Shown piece after piece: positions 24,937 to 37,715 of a stretch of DNA of 64,000 nucleotides (the first letter of the stretch is position 1; each line of letters opens with the position of its first letter). Made by a program: the position numbers and the translations under genes. This stretch comes from Pseudovirgaria hyperparasitica (lineage: Eukaryota). The notes under the pieces were generated by a model. That model was not told where the DNA came from, ran no database searches, and worked only from the letters and a program-made list of their open reading frames with translations. The stretch is from assembly GCA_010093815.1 (NCBI GenBank), contig ML996577.1. The stretch is one strand, 5' to 3'.

Positions 24937-26810
24937 GGTGTGAGCATCCTGTGTTCGTCACATAAAACGCCACATCCAGAGCTAAATTGATCACATGAAG
25001 CGTGTACAGCGGTGGAAAAACCAAGATTCGTGGTGGGCTGTATGCGAAAGCCATGATGTAGGAAGCAGCTGTTCCCGTCCGCAGCGACGACCTCTTTGTC
25101 TAAGTGGGTTGGGCGAGTGTCATAACCTCAAGTGTGGCATAGTCTCGACAGCACTGGTTCATAGACATCTTTGCGTCACTAGCGCAGGAAGGATTTGGAG
25201 AGGCTATCTACGATTTATCTAGTCAACTTCAGTCCGAACAAGGCATACAGGCCAAATGAGCTCTTCAAGCTCACAAACCATCTTCAATCGCACTTTACGT
25301 GATGTCTGCCGCAGGAATGCAGTGCATACAGGACTCAATAGTAAGATCATTGGAGTGCCAGCTGTCTGGGCGCTAAGTAGAGACAACTAATCAAAATGAT
25401 CTCAGGGATATTACTGATGGAGCGTCTTCCACACATTACCCATGTAAAGCTCTATGATTCGACTCGTGGTAAGACCCAAGGCGAGAGGCTTCGCAGCCAA
25501 GAACGAGCATGCGTAAAGCAGGATATCAATATTACTATATATATATTATTGGTCTACGTGCACGCGGCCAAGAAGTCGTCGAAACTTGGGCCCTAGAAGT
25601 GTTGGTGGACTTCCATAACGAGAGTGCTACCATTGCGGATGCTACTCACTAGGAACCAATTCCTTCTTCTTTCCTTATTCCAGTAATCGGTCTGGCCCAC
25701 CAAGCCCATTGCTTGCCATTGTGTCTACAGCTCCCAAGTCGACGAGCGACCATCATTGTATCCGCACGTACGGGCCAGCGTTCAACCCTCACGTTGACTT
25801 GCCGACTGTCTAGGATGTATAATCAGACATGTGCTCGCTCATCTGAACCTCGCTTGTCAATTGTGCAATAGCTTTTTCTGTATATAAGAAGTCAATCTTT
25901 TCATCACAGGCGAATTCGAACTGCCATCTTGTCCGAATTCCACACTCCTTCGATGCCGTGTGGCGGGCGACTGCTTTTGTGCTTGATCGGCTAGACTCCT
26001 GAAAACTTCTTATCCCTGTCTTTGCCAATCGTCCATGAGGTCCGAGCAATGGCTGACGCCCATGAAGAACTTGCTCCTGCGTCTCTTTCATCTGCTACAG
26101 TAGTTTCGCTCTCAGTGCTGGCTCGTGCTTGAATACCTAGCCATGACAATGCTTAAGACAGGATGGTGTACCCGCACTGCTCCGCGGGATCGCGTGAGCA
26201 GAGTTGAATATGTGTCAATTGATCAAGGACCGAAGGCGCTGTATCAGGTATGATGTCTTTAGCCTCCAATCATCGTATCAAATGTACAAAACCTGTCTGT
26301 AATCGAAGGTTTCTTTTTATATCATCTGGGCGATGTTAGGGCTTCGTGGAGCGGAAGCAACCTCACTGGAGAGGCTATTGCAGAGACAAGGGCGAAGGTG
26401 GCCGTGCTTGATGCATTAAGGACTCCAAGATATTGTTTGTCCGCTGGGAACTGGGCTTTGGCCATTGTAGCCAGAGACTTAGGGCAGTGGATAAATTCGA
26501 TCTTTAAGACACTGGCCGCTCAGGGGTACAGTAGAATATCCATACGGTCGCAAGACGACAGTTCAAAGCCTTGGCTGACGAGAAAAAGAGAAGAAACCTA
26601 AAATTCACCATCGACAGGTTTCGCAGGGGTTGTCATGGCTACTTTGTGTCCCGGTTGTCCGAACACACACTGTTCACTAGCACGTTATAGGCCTAGTGCG
26701 AGTGTTTTCATATCTTTCGCTCGCCTATATTTCCCTTCGTCCCCCTTACAAAACGCACAGCAAAACATTGCACTGAAATCTGAAGATAAACAAGTATCTA
26801 TCACGCTACC

Positions 26811-27978
26811 ATGTCCGCACACGCCGACAATCACCATCACGAGACGGGTAATAGACTCCCAGATCAGCGTTTGCTCACCGTAATTTCAGGCTGACAGATA
26901 CTCCACAATCAGAGAATTCGCAGGCCAGCGACACTCAGCAAGCAGATTCCAACCATGGGTCTGACAACGATGGCCAGCAGCATCCCCCAAAGAACCCTAG
27001 TACTACACCATGATAGATTGATACAGCATCACGGCATTCACTGACGAATATGCAGCTCCAAACTGGAATTTTGTCCAGCGTCAGGTGCAGGCACGTGTGG
27101 CATTTCTTGAGGGCATGGTGAGTCTCTCCCTTCTGTGTTGAGCTCCACGCTGCGAGCCATAATATTGTTTACTTCGTGCTAAGCTTTCCGCACACACCTT
27201 GGTCCGCAACTCTTATTAATACTATGATACTAACGAACACTGCTAGATTGGGGTTCCCGGTTGTGAGGATCTATTAAGACAGGGCATGATCCGTCTTAAG
27301 AATGACTTGGGCGGTCCATGTCTAAACGAAGACGACCTTGCATCACCGGCTGCCTGTTATGCATGGTTGTCCGTGAACGAGAACGACTCAGATGCTGTTA
27401 TCGCTGAGGCAGCAGTAAACCGTGCAAGAGAAACACTTGGTGACTGCTGCCAACTCATCCAGGTTGTCAAAGCTATCGCAAACTTCAGACAAAGTTACGA
27501 CCTCAAGACCTGGCTCTCGCTACAACTGACCCTGTTTGTTCACCAAGAGAGGACGAAAGAGAATTGGCATCTTGATCAGTTCAAGGAGGTTGCGACCGAA
27601 CTCAATACAGTCAGAACAAACGATCAGGTATATGTTCCCTTCAACTTATGGGACCCCGTTGCACGTGAGTATGTCCAAACTCCATGGGATGCAGTCTGCG
27701 CCCTCTTTGCATAAGAATTCTAGTAAGTCATCAGTTTCCAAAAGGAACGTTTCACATCTCAACTGCAGGAAGGCGCTGACTTGGCTAGTATCACTGGTAC
27801 TGAGGCCCACATCGTTGGGAAACTGATTCTAGGGCACATGGAAAGAGAACAGGAGATTATAGTTGGGCCTGGTGTTTCTTTAGCACTTCATGTATCGAAA
27901 TTGCTATCACAATTTACGAGGTCCTCTAAGGATCCCATTGGTAGCGCTATACTAAAGATCAATCAAGTCTATGATTGA
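26811..27978 (+). pseudogene. Decayed multi-exon gene with an RPT-like (Ubp2-type repeat) helical segment
   Basis: Track ORFs 27286-27714 and 27781-27978 are in the same frame, separated by TAA..TAG TAA. Upstream exon with a GTGAGT donor (~27118) and a CTAG acceptor (~27246) also contains stops. The 5' boundary is approximate. Confidence 0.5.
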
Positions 27979-28280
27979 CTTCCAATACTAGCGGTTGATT
28001 ACTTCATTTGTCTTACTCTCGGCCTTAATGCTCTCTTGTAAGGTTTCATAGCAGGCAGGAAGGTGCGCCAGAATGACCGCCACTACCCGTATAGCATATG
28101 ACTTGTCGCATGAGCTCACTCGTCCTCTCCTCTTCCTTTTCGGAGCTCCATCCCTCGTCATTTCGTGCGCCTGCCTGTTATCGACCTCTTCTTTCCTGCC
28201 TTTTCTAAGTCCTCTCTTTAATATTTGGTATCAATCTCTCCACTTCTAATAGGTCTTGCCTGTACAATCTTTGGCATTCA

Positions 28281-29475
28281 ATGGTAACACCACGCCCCTC
28301 CACAATCTCGGGTACCTCTATGTCTTCCAGCTATGTCTCGAGCGTATGTCGAACATCGTGCTTGACTTCTGTTTTGGCAAGCACCCCGGCCTCCCATGCC
28401 ACTAGCATGACTCCACTCCCTGCTGTCAACAAATGTCCACCAGTCGTAACGCGAGAGTTGAGATGTACGAGGAGGAGGGTAACATTCTCTGAACCGGAAG
28501 AGACAGTAACGAAAGACTTGGAGGGGAAGCAGCATTGGCAAAGTCTTGATGAGCTTGATGCAATACATATCGTAAGGTTTCTTCGTGGAGCGGCTTCATT
28601 GTAACGTTACTAATGATGTCGTGAGACGCGTTTGATACGTGAGAATGCGGCGGCGGAGAGGAAGATCCATGTTCTGGAGTCTAAGATTGGACACATTCAG
28701 CGTAAACACAAACGCCTGCTCAAGAAGCTTGCCTACTGTGATAATGGATATGCGGCGCCAGAACCTGACAGCACTGGCTCTGCTTTGCAAGAGAGGATCA
28801 TGAAAGGGTGGGCCTGTGAGTTGTTCGATATGGAGTGTCGCCAGTTGGAGTGTCGCCAGTTGGAGTGTCGCCGTGACAGCCTGGCGGCAGCGATACAGAG
28901 GGGGATTGAGCAGTCTGAAAAAGAGCTTAGATTGGGCTTTATGAAAGCATCGGTCGCCGTATTCGCGTATGAGGCGCAGCGGACCAAAGATATTAGGATA
29001 CAACTTGCGAATGAGGGCTTGCCTGTTCCTAAGGTAAGTGATCGACTGAATTTTACCAAAGGCTTGGTCAGGTTCTTTTCTGAGGATGAAATGGCAACAA
29101 TCAACGAAATGGTTGCGAAGCAAGAGTGACACTGAAATTTTAGAAACTTGTCTAAAACACATCCTGTTCTACTTTTCGCTCAGTTGGAGAGTACCAAGAA
29201 GCTCCATGTATTTGTTCCAATGTATCTCGACACCTGCCGCAACTTCACGGCGCACGCCCGCGTTATTGATACTTGGTCCACTTACCTAGGTCATCAAAGA
29301 CCCAAAGTGCCAGCTTATTCTATGCTTGACTGCCGCTGGGTAATGTCTCACCGAGGATATGCGGACCGCCATCTACTAGCAACACGACCTATAGACCTGT
29401 GAGACTGCATACATGGTTGGCCATTACACTTCGGGGAGGAGAATCGATCCTTACTGCTGTATTCGGTAGCTTAAA
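28281..29475 (+). pseudogene. Stop-interrupted orphan ORF (coiled-coil rich)
   Basis: ORFs 28281-28604, 28632-29129 and 29148-29402 share one frame (offsets 351 and 867 nt) and are separated only by clustered stops. Confidence 0.55.
28831..28873 (+). repeat. 15-bp tandem repeat (~2.9 copies) encoding ECRQL
   Basis: tggagtgtcgccagt tggagtgtcgccagt tggagtgtcgccg. Confidence 0.9.
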
Positions 29476-30999
29476 GCATCACCTCTTGGCCAATGGCGCT
29501 TGTCACTGGTCCCTGCTGACTGTTTGAAGCTGTTTAGGAGTGTCTATGTAAGGCATCTTATGTAAAAATGTACAAACGAAGTTGCGGAAGGACGAAATCC
29601 GTGTGTGAAGTAGGAGAGCTGGTGATTCATTTTAAATGAGACCGCGTGTCCAACAAAGTTTGCGCTGGTCGTGTTCAATAATTTCAGTAGCTCAGAATCG
29701 TGCACTCAAATTCAGTATGCTGTTCGACCAAGAATACACGCTGTACATTAGCAACATTAACAAAGTCCACATGCTCGGTTATCACTGGTCTCGGATATTG
29801 AGCGGCGAATCACGCTCTTTTCGACGTTGGTATATGTCCACATCGATATTACCCATCAAAACATGCAGTTTTGTTTCTGCAATGGACATAGAATGGACCA
29901 ACATCAGCCATGGTTCAAAACATTCTGAGAACCTAGCATTCTAACATCTCTTTAGCTACAAGACCTGTTAGGAGCAAGCAATATTGTCCATCCATGGAAA
30001 ACAGTCAAGAGCACAGAGGCTTCCGTGGGATGTCCATGTTTGAACCTGCCACGCGCCAACCATGACAAGGAGAGAACAAGTGGGACACCGCCAAAGCGAA
30101 GCCGAGGTCGTTAAAAGAGCTGAATGATGAAGCTATCGTGGCGAATCGTCAGCAGGGCTATACATATGAGTGATAAACAGATCATCAAGAAAAAGCTGAA
30201 GACGAGACTGGAGAGCAAAATCGTAAAACAGCGCAAGATGGCGGGGACGAAAACATGATGAAACACGAGAACTTCCGCCAGGCGGCTGCGCATGGTCTCA
30301 CTACCCTCTATGTACACGAATATCAGATCGATCAGACTCATAGCTGTTACACCCATGAAAACATATCATAGAAGACCCGCGGACCTGCGGAGAGAGATCA
30401 GGGTGACAGAAGCTAAGAATAGTCAGAGAGCTGGGTACTCGGAATATGGATCACTGAACTAGCTTAGAGCATCTTCAATCATTATGTACCTATGTATACA
30501 TACCTACTGTACTCACCAATGGTAACAAATCCATGTCGCGAGTGCATAGATGACGAGCCTGTAGAGGATACTGCTGAATTCGAACTCATCACTGGTCCAG
30601 TTGATTACGCCCACAATCACCTGCACTTCTATGCGACAGCGGCCACCATGATTAGACCTTAGTATCTATGTATCTGACAAAGGGATATGGACACAGGTCT
30701 TATCATAAATTCTCAGTCATGGATATCGAATTCTGGCCTTGGCGGGCCCTCTGATGGTTGCCAACCGCGAAGCTTCGCACAACGAATGAGGCGCCCCTAT
30801 GCTTCTAGCAAATGCTAGACCCTAGACAACACATACTAGGTGATCGTCCATTTAATCGTCCATCTTTTCGATATTCGCTACGTCATGGCTGGCTTATGCC
30901 TACTCGGCCCACTCGGCCAATTGATCCTGTGAGTCTTGAAGTGAGATATTTGTATAGCTATACGCTGGCCCCTTATTCAGACAGAACTTCATTATAACT

Positions 31000-31950
31000 T
31001 AAGCTTCTTGGATGTAGGTGCGTAATTCCAGATTACTCCAAGCTCAACTCTTTCCATGTACCATATATCTTCACCGGCGTCCATTTCAGCCTCTAGAAAC
31101 TGCACTGTCAATTGTGTAGACCCATTACTGCGTCCACCAAGTTATTGCAGCACTCTATCATTCGACATAGGAAGGTGATACCCGGTCCAATGGTGTCTGT
31201 ATTATACCTCCTCCTACTGGATTCCAGCCGTATTCTGGCCACAAGAGTTTTGTGTGCGTCTCAGTGCATCTTCGTATATCAGTGACATCTGTCACAAACG
31301 CGTTGATCTTTCTAGACGCCTCTTTGACAGGATATTGCTAATTCCATGCGGCATTTATATTTCTGGTGTGCCGAACAACGAACGAACCGAATGGACTGCT
31401 TAGCGTGCGCAAGTGTTGTGTTTGTACACTACTTATGTGATGATCTCATTCCTAAACTTGCTCCAGCTGCTCCAGCTGTGCCTTCTTCTTCTTCTTCTCG
31501 TCCAGATTTGCGCTCAACTCCTGAATAATCTGAACAAGTTCATCTAGGCGTGCCTCCAGTAACTCATTGCGGCCGATGTGGTACTGCGCAGCTGTACCTC
31601 TCCTTCATGCTCTCTTGTTAACCTCCAGCTCAATCCCCAGCCCCTTCCTCCGTATGATGGAAGTAATGAACAAAAGCATGGACTATAAGTGCGGTAGCTC
31701 GCTCTTGATTTCTCTCTTGCCAGCGTATGCCGTAGTCGAATGGTCTCTGCCGTAGAAAGCATGCTGTGACTGTCCAGAACCTCGTCCTGTCAGTGGCAGC
31801 AGGGGCTGACCTTCGGTGGCGCGGGACTGAACTGCTGCCCAATGGGTCTTCTCTGGAATACCAACGTCCAAGGTCTTTCATGGTTAGAAAATATTGCGGT
31901 GGGAGGGCTGTATAGTATGGTCCAAGTCGATATACCAAGAGATTCCTGGC
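31000..31950 (-). pseudogene. Possible decayed coiled-coil ORF
   Basis: The minus frame reads NELLEARLDELVQIIQELSANLDEKKKKAQLEQLEQV*E*... with scattered stops and at least one frame change. Boundaries are approximate. Confidence 0.3.
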
Positions 31951-32195
31951 TAAAGAGCTGTGAATTCACCTAGCGTGTGATGAATTTGCCTAAACCGTTA
32001 TAGGTCAGTAACGTGACCTGCACAGCTCCAAGGTATTTCAACGCAACACTAGCTAACTCGACTCTTCTCTCACATCAAATTCTTCTGGGCAGATATTAGC
32101 TTTCCATACAAGATCTTTAGCTTCAACATCTTCTCACCTACATCCTCACTTTACGCGGTACCCCTGAACCTCGCCAGTATCTCTACCAGCTTAAA

Positions 32196-32851
32196 ATGGA
32201 TAATATCAACGATGAACTCTCCGCTGGCCTCCCTACCATCGACGAGCAAGAGACTGTGGTCTCTCACAATGTCGCAGATGGTCCCAGTACGCCAGATCCT
32301 ACCTCCCTATACTCAGTGCTAACTATTTTAACAGTGACCCTAGCTGAGATTCATAGAATGATAGAAGAAGCGGAAGCAGAGGAGGAGCTGCGGGCCAATG
32401 GTCCCGACGAAAACGAAGTATGACTTACAGCTACTCACATCATTCCGCTGCTAATACCTTCTAGGAAGCTCTCCCAGATACACTGCCGGAAGCACAAGGC
32501 GACATACTCTTCCTCCGCGATCAGATTGACATACTCAATAAGGAGAATCAACACCTCCGCAACTATATACGGGTGCACGAGGATGAAGCGTACGAGAAGG
32601 AAGACCTTCTCGACGAGAAAGACGCCATCAACAAGGCTCTCGAGGATCAGGTGAAGCAGCTGCAGGAGCAGGTGTTGGTGCTCCAGGAGCACCAAAAGGG
32701 CTACATGGCCCGCAAGAACAAGGAAAATCGGGCTAATATAGCCAAGAAAGAGCGTGAGAACGTGGCCGCGCTTGCAGAGCAAGCTGCCGAGCACCGCGCA
32801 CAAAGCGCAAAGTTTGTGGACGCCGTGTTGGGCGAAATCAATCGCCTATGA
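32196..32851 (+). CDS. Orphan coiled-coil protein (~202 aa); intron 32418-32464
   Basis: A GTATGA..CTAAT..CTAG phase-0 intron joins the two track ORFs in frame (EALPDTLPEAQGDILFLRDQIDILNKENQHLR...). AAAATGG start context. Confidence 0.7.
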
Positions 32852-32999
32852 CCGCGGCTCTGGTGCCCAGTGGGGCCCAGCATGATGTAGACTGGGTGGA
32901 GAGAAAGGGGTTTGGCGGTTTTTTTCTGTTTGGTGCGCATCTTCCTTAGATAGACTGGAAGGTTAATCAGGCATTGTAATATACATAAAAGCAAACCCT

Positions 33000-34400
33000 T
33001 TTCTTCTGCTAACATCTTACAATGACTAACTCTCATCGTGAAACCGTGAATATCAGTGAGCATAGGAGATATTCAGAGATCGTTCACAAGCTAAAGGCTA
33101 CAATTTCCCATCCAAGAGGGCAATGTAACAGCTACTCTCGGCTGTAGGAACGAGCGAGTACGTGTAAAAGAGCAATGGCTAAAGTTATCTGCGAGCTGAA
33201 CAGTCCCTAATTCTCACCCAATGAGGCTGAAGCTGATTTACCTCTGCTGTATACCTAAGAATACACATGATGGGTCGAACTTTCGAAGTAGATAGAGGTG
33301 AAGAATAGTATTTATTATTGGTGAAAGGATAGCTATACAGTGCTCTTCCATCACCAAAATCAGCATCACACAGCTATGCTGGACAGGTAATTGAGGTTCT
33401 AATGTATCAAGTAATGCATATTTGGAATTAATATAGCTGCTTCTTTAGGTATAGTACTGCAATAGAAAGCTTAGATTAGTGTAAATGTGTATGATACACT
33501 CATTATAAGGTGTTTGAGAGCACCTATATCATTATATAGCAGGCACTTTACAGAGTTTACCTACGTAGAATAGCTAAGATCATTAATATCACTTAAGCCT
33601 ATAGATCTATTACACTTTGATACAGAGCCTAAACTTCTGTATCCCAAAGAAGTAACCTTGATTCTCTCCTGCTATGAATAACGTTTTTCGTTGTGAAACT
33701 TGCACATCTTGAAGTTCATCTCATTGCAAATACCAATATTCAAATTCCAGCTAGCATTTTAAAAAGATATACAACTACAATGATGTGGAGGCATATATTC
33801 CAGAGTGCAGTTATCATGATTATCTCATTTTAGATAGCTTGAGGTGGTGAGTCCTAACGAGGCATTTCGTGGATCTGCACTACTAAGAATACCTCAGAAA
33901 GTGTACACCACGGCAAAAGAACTGATTTATAACGCAAAAGAAGATCATCTTTCAGATATCGAAGATCATAATCAATGATTCTGTTGCATTTGTATCGTCA
34001 AATATCAATGACATACACAGATTTTACAGGTACTATCTTACTATAGACCTATTGATGACCTTAGAAGACCTCTCTGAAGGGACTCGAGAGCACCCAAGCC
34101 GTCAATTTATTGCAAAGAGATGAGGCAGTCCAACGGTTCTATCTAGCTCCTTCAACAGGAAAGTATGGTTCCCAGTAGGGATATTACGGTTTTCTCCTGA
34201 TATAGAACTCTCATTTCATATATACAGGAGTACTGATGACGTATATCCCAAACATCAGTCATCTAAAATCTTGCATAGAGCACAGAAAGAAAGGAATAAT
34301 CTCGCCGCAAATAGTACTATTTACGATAATAGGAACAAACGTAGGTAGTTTTTCTTTTCTGAGACTAAAATCATACCCGAAAGGTAGAACTAAGTATTCG
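33000..34400. other. AT/TpA-rich degenerate DNA, possible RIP-mutated relic
   Basis: Visibly AT-rich, with frequent TA dinucleotides and no long ORFs. Origin not identifiable. Confidence 0.4.
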
Positions 34401-34435
34401 AAGAGCCAGCTAATACTGATACACGCCAAGTTGGC

Positions 34436-36451
34436 TTATCCCAAGACCATAAACCCACAAACAACCATACATGCCATAATCATACTTTGTACTGAAACAG
34501 ACATTCCAGACATACTATGAACCACTGATGTTGCTGCATTTTCATCGCCTCCTCCATTACTATCTGCGTTCCCATTACCTCCTCTGTTACCTTCTTCTTG
34601 CTGCTTCGCTGTCTGGAAAACTTGTTGCGCATCAACATACGTACCACTATTCTGGTCCCAGTTGAGACATGTTGCCCAGTCTTCGATCGGCATGCTGTGA
34701 TTATAGACATTGTATCCAAGAGGTTCAGGGCTTATGAGAGGGATGGTTGTCGTGAACTCAGCATCAAAATCGATCGAGAGCCCGATAGAAGGGTTAAGCG
34801 AGTAGGTATGATTTAGGACCCGCTCAAGGATACTCGAGTCTTCAGATGAGACATCAGTATTGCCCGCGAGGGGCTTGCACGAGGCGTCTACAGGTCCAGC
34901 GATCGGTGTAATGTTGAGACTCATCTGAGGGTTCTCGAGAGATACGCCTGCGCCGATAGCTACTTGTCCTGGAAAGCCTGGTGGATCTAGGGAGATGCCA
35001 AAACCGATGCGGTGTTGTAGGGAAAGGCCAAAACTTAGGGACTGTAGAGAGACTTCTGAGGAGAAAGGGATAGGCGTAAGAGCTGTATCCTGGAAGCCTC
35101 TCGAACTAGAGTTTGATAAGTCAGAGAAGTCGATGACCATATTCGAATCGGAAGGTACTGTGATGTCGAAACCGGTGCTGACAGAGGCATTGCCATCGAG
35201 AGAATAAGTACCGATGATGGTTGGTGAGTAGGTCAGGCCAATGGTACCCAGTTTGGGAATCTGTGCTGGGTATCAGAAAAGTGCCACTGAGATCCAGAAA
35301 ATACAAGTCGAGCCTAGATGGTGAAGACTGAGGAGCAGCTACGACTCTTACCTGGTACGCAAGACCCAATGGGAATTCATATAACTTCCATGACCACCTT
35401 GCAGTATTGGTCAAGTTTGCCTCCAGCTCAATGCGCGCCCCTAGCCCCTTAGCACTGATGGACACCTCACCGCCCTGAAGACAATCCGAAAGCGAAATGT
35501 CATCTGCTCTCAGCTCGTCAACATCACAATCCCAATCGAAGTTCACCCAGTCTAATTCAATATCACCGTATACGGTGCAGTTCTTGCAGCCAACGGTGAT
35601 GGGAATCGGCTGTCCAGCGTTGTTCTCAAATGGCCCTAAAGAGGCCGTGATGGTCTTGTCCAAATGGAAAGTAGCCGAGGTGTCTTCAGAGATTCTGGTT
35701 GGGGTGGGAACGAGAGTGGATGACTCAGTGGGCATTGGCTCAATTGAGCTCCTTACGCCAGTCTGAGATGGGTCCTGACGCCGCCGTAGATCTCTATGCG
35801 GACGAAGGATATGAGATTTACGACCTTTCGCAAGAGAGACAGTGAACCGACTAAATGAGGACTCAAGGGACGCGGCCTCGACCTCGAAGGTGGTTGTTAA
35901 ATTGGGGTCATGGGAGATAGACTTGACATTGTAAGCCATTCTTTCTCCATGGTCGTTACAGCTTGAATGGGAAGTGATGATATAGCCATTACTCAGCCTT
36001 GCAATCTCATTCCGGGTAGCGTCGATGTCTAACGATTGGGACAGTTCGATGGTGATCGTGCTCACCGAGCATTCTACGCGACTAAGGAGATGCTCGACTT
36101 GCTCAAGCAGCAGAATTGGCCTCTCAGACCCTAATGTTACGCGAGCGTAATGAGAAGTCTGTCCACCCGTATACGAATCTAGCATTGTATTGTTATTAGA
36201 AATTTATGGTGCATCGCATGGACGGGAAGCATACCAGACGCGTAGTCGAGGTCACATCGATGCACAAGCTCCAAGCGATCACTGCGACTGCTGAGCTGTG
36301 AGTACTTCGATGCAGCTGCAAGACGGTGCTCGATTCTCGGATGAGCTGAGTTCTCGAGCAGAGATGTTACATCTGCACCCACAGACCGCGAGGCGTAAGT
36401 ACAACAAATCGACCCCAATAGAAGCATGAACAGCTGAGTGCCCTTCATCAT
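34436..36451 (-). CDS. Secreted, probably GPI-anchored cell-surface protein (DUF7029/DUF7223-like); exons 36451-36235, 36178-35352, 35260-34436
   Basis: N-terminal signal (MMKGTQLFMLLLGSICCTYA), YIITSHSSCNDHGER, a Kex2-like RRRQ, CKNCTVYG, a G/N-rich spacer and a hydrophobic C-terminal tail. Introns restore the frame. Confidence 0.78.
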
Positions 36452-37715
36452 GGTAATGTGGTGTGTACTTCCAAGCGTTGGTAGCCTTTCGATTCTCTGG
36501 GGCATGAATATGGAGGATGATTGCGGCATCGAGATAAGTTGAGGGGATTCATAACGTATTTATGTTCGGTATCCTAGCTAGGATGAAACGGCACGGTCGT
36601 CTAAGGCTGTGCACTGTGCATGGCCGAACCCTGTCCGCAGGAATAAAAGTGTTGTTACTATTTCTGATTAGGCAACACAAGAATACTATAATGAGATGTA
36701 TGAGGCATACAGCAACACAGTTCCGCAACGATCTACATCGCAGCCCTTCCGACAGTGCACTCTAGATCGTTCAGAAGCCACTTCCGAACTTGCAGGTCAG
36801 CATTGGTCATATAACAGCTCGGTCGGATGACTTCACGAGATGATCAAGAGCGAATTTGGCAGGAGAAGAGCGAGTCGATGGGGACGAGGCTGGCGACAGA
36901 GCATGTATTGATGACCGTGATGATAGCCTTACGAGTGACAATCGCACAAAAGGCATGAATCTGTGCCACTACTAGGTCAGCCGTATGAGTCGCGACCATT
37001 GAAAGGCTCTATGATGAGATTTCTCGAGAGGGCTGTAACATCTTATGCAGTATATGATAGGCCTAGAAAAATTACAGAGACACGCCTCATAGGTACGCGA
37101 TGTATGTCAAAGAGCAGACACCTCTTTCTATAAGTCATTCAACCGGTAATATGAAGGAACTGGAGTTCCCCGAGTCAGCTCGTGTATCCCCAGAGATGCT
37201 GAGGGTAATGAGCGGCGCAGGGGGGGCCTGATAGTCGTGGTAAACCTGGTGAGGTGTATGAAGCCTTCGTTTCAGCCTTGCATTCGAAGCACGATGTGCC
37301 CAAAATAGGCGGGTTCGGCATAGAACAATTGTTATCTACGAAGGTGAATGCTAAGGAATGGTATCCATGATAGCCCATGAGCTTTCAAAAGAGGTCAGCA
37401 GAGAGGCGATGCATGTTTGCTACTGGGGCCCATGGATGTGGCGGCCTGAGGCATCAAACCAGCCCCTGATTCTTGAGGTTTGCGGAAGGGCACGTGCACG
37501 ATGTCGCGTGTAGTGGCGACCCAAGAAGCTCTCGAACTTTTTTTCGTCCGCAGCTTCGTTGGCATCGATAAACATCTAAGTCAACATCTCTTACTACCCA
37601 CACTCCTTCATCTTCGCCTTCCTCAGCTGCTTTATCGTCGCCCTCAGCCTCTCCCTCTGTTTCTACAGTCGACGCGAGTGTCTAATAGCTAATTTTGCAC
37701 ATGCTGTAACTGGCC

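Noticed and set aside
25000..34400. Starship or other intact transposon
   Set aside because: No captain recombinase, transposase, RT motifs or terminal repeats recognised.
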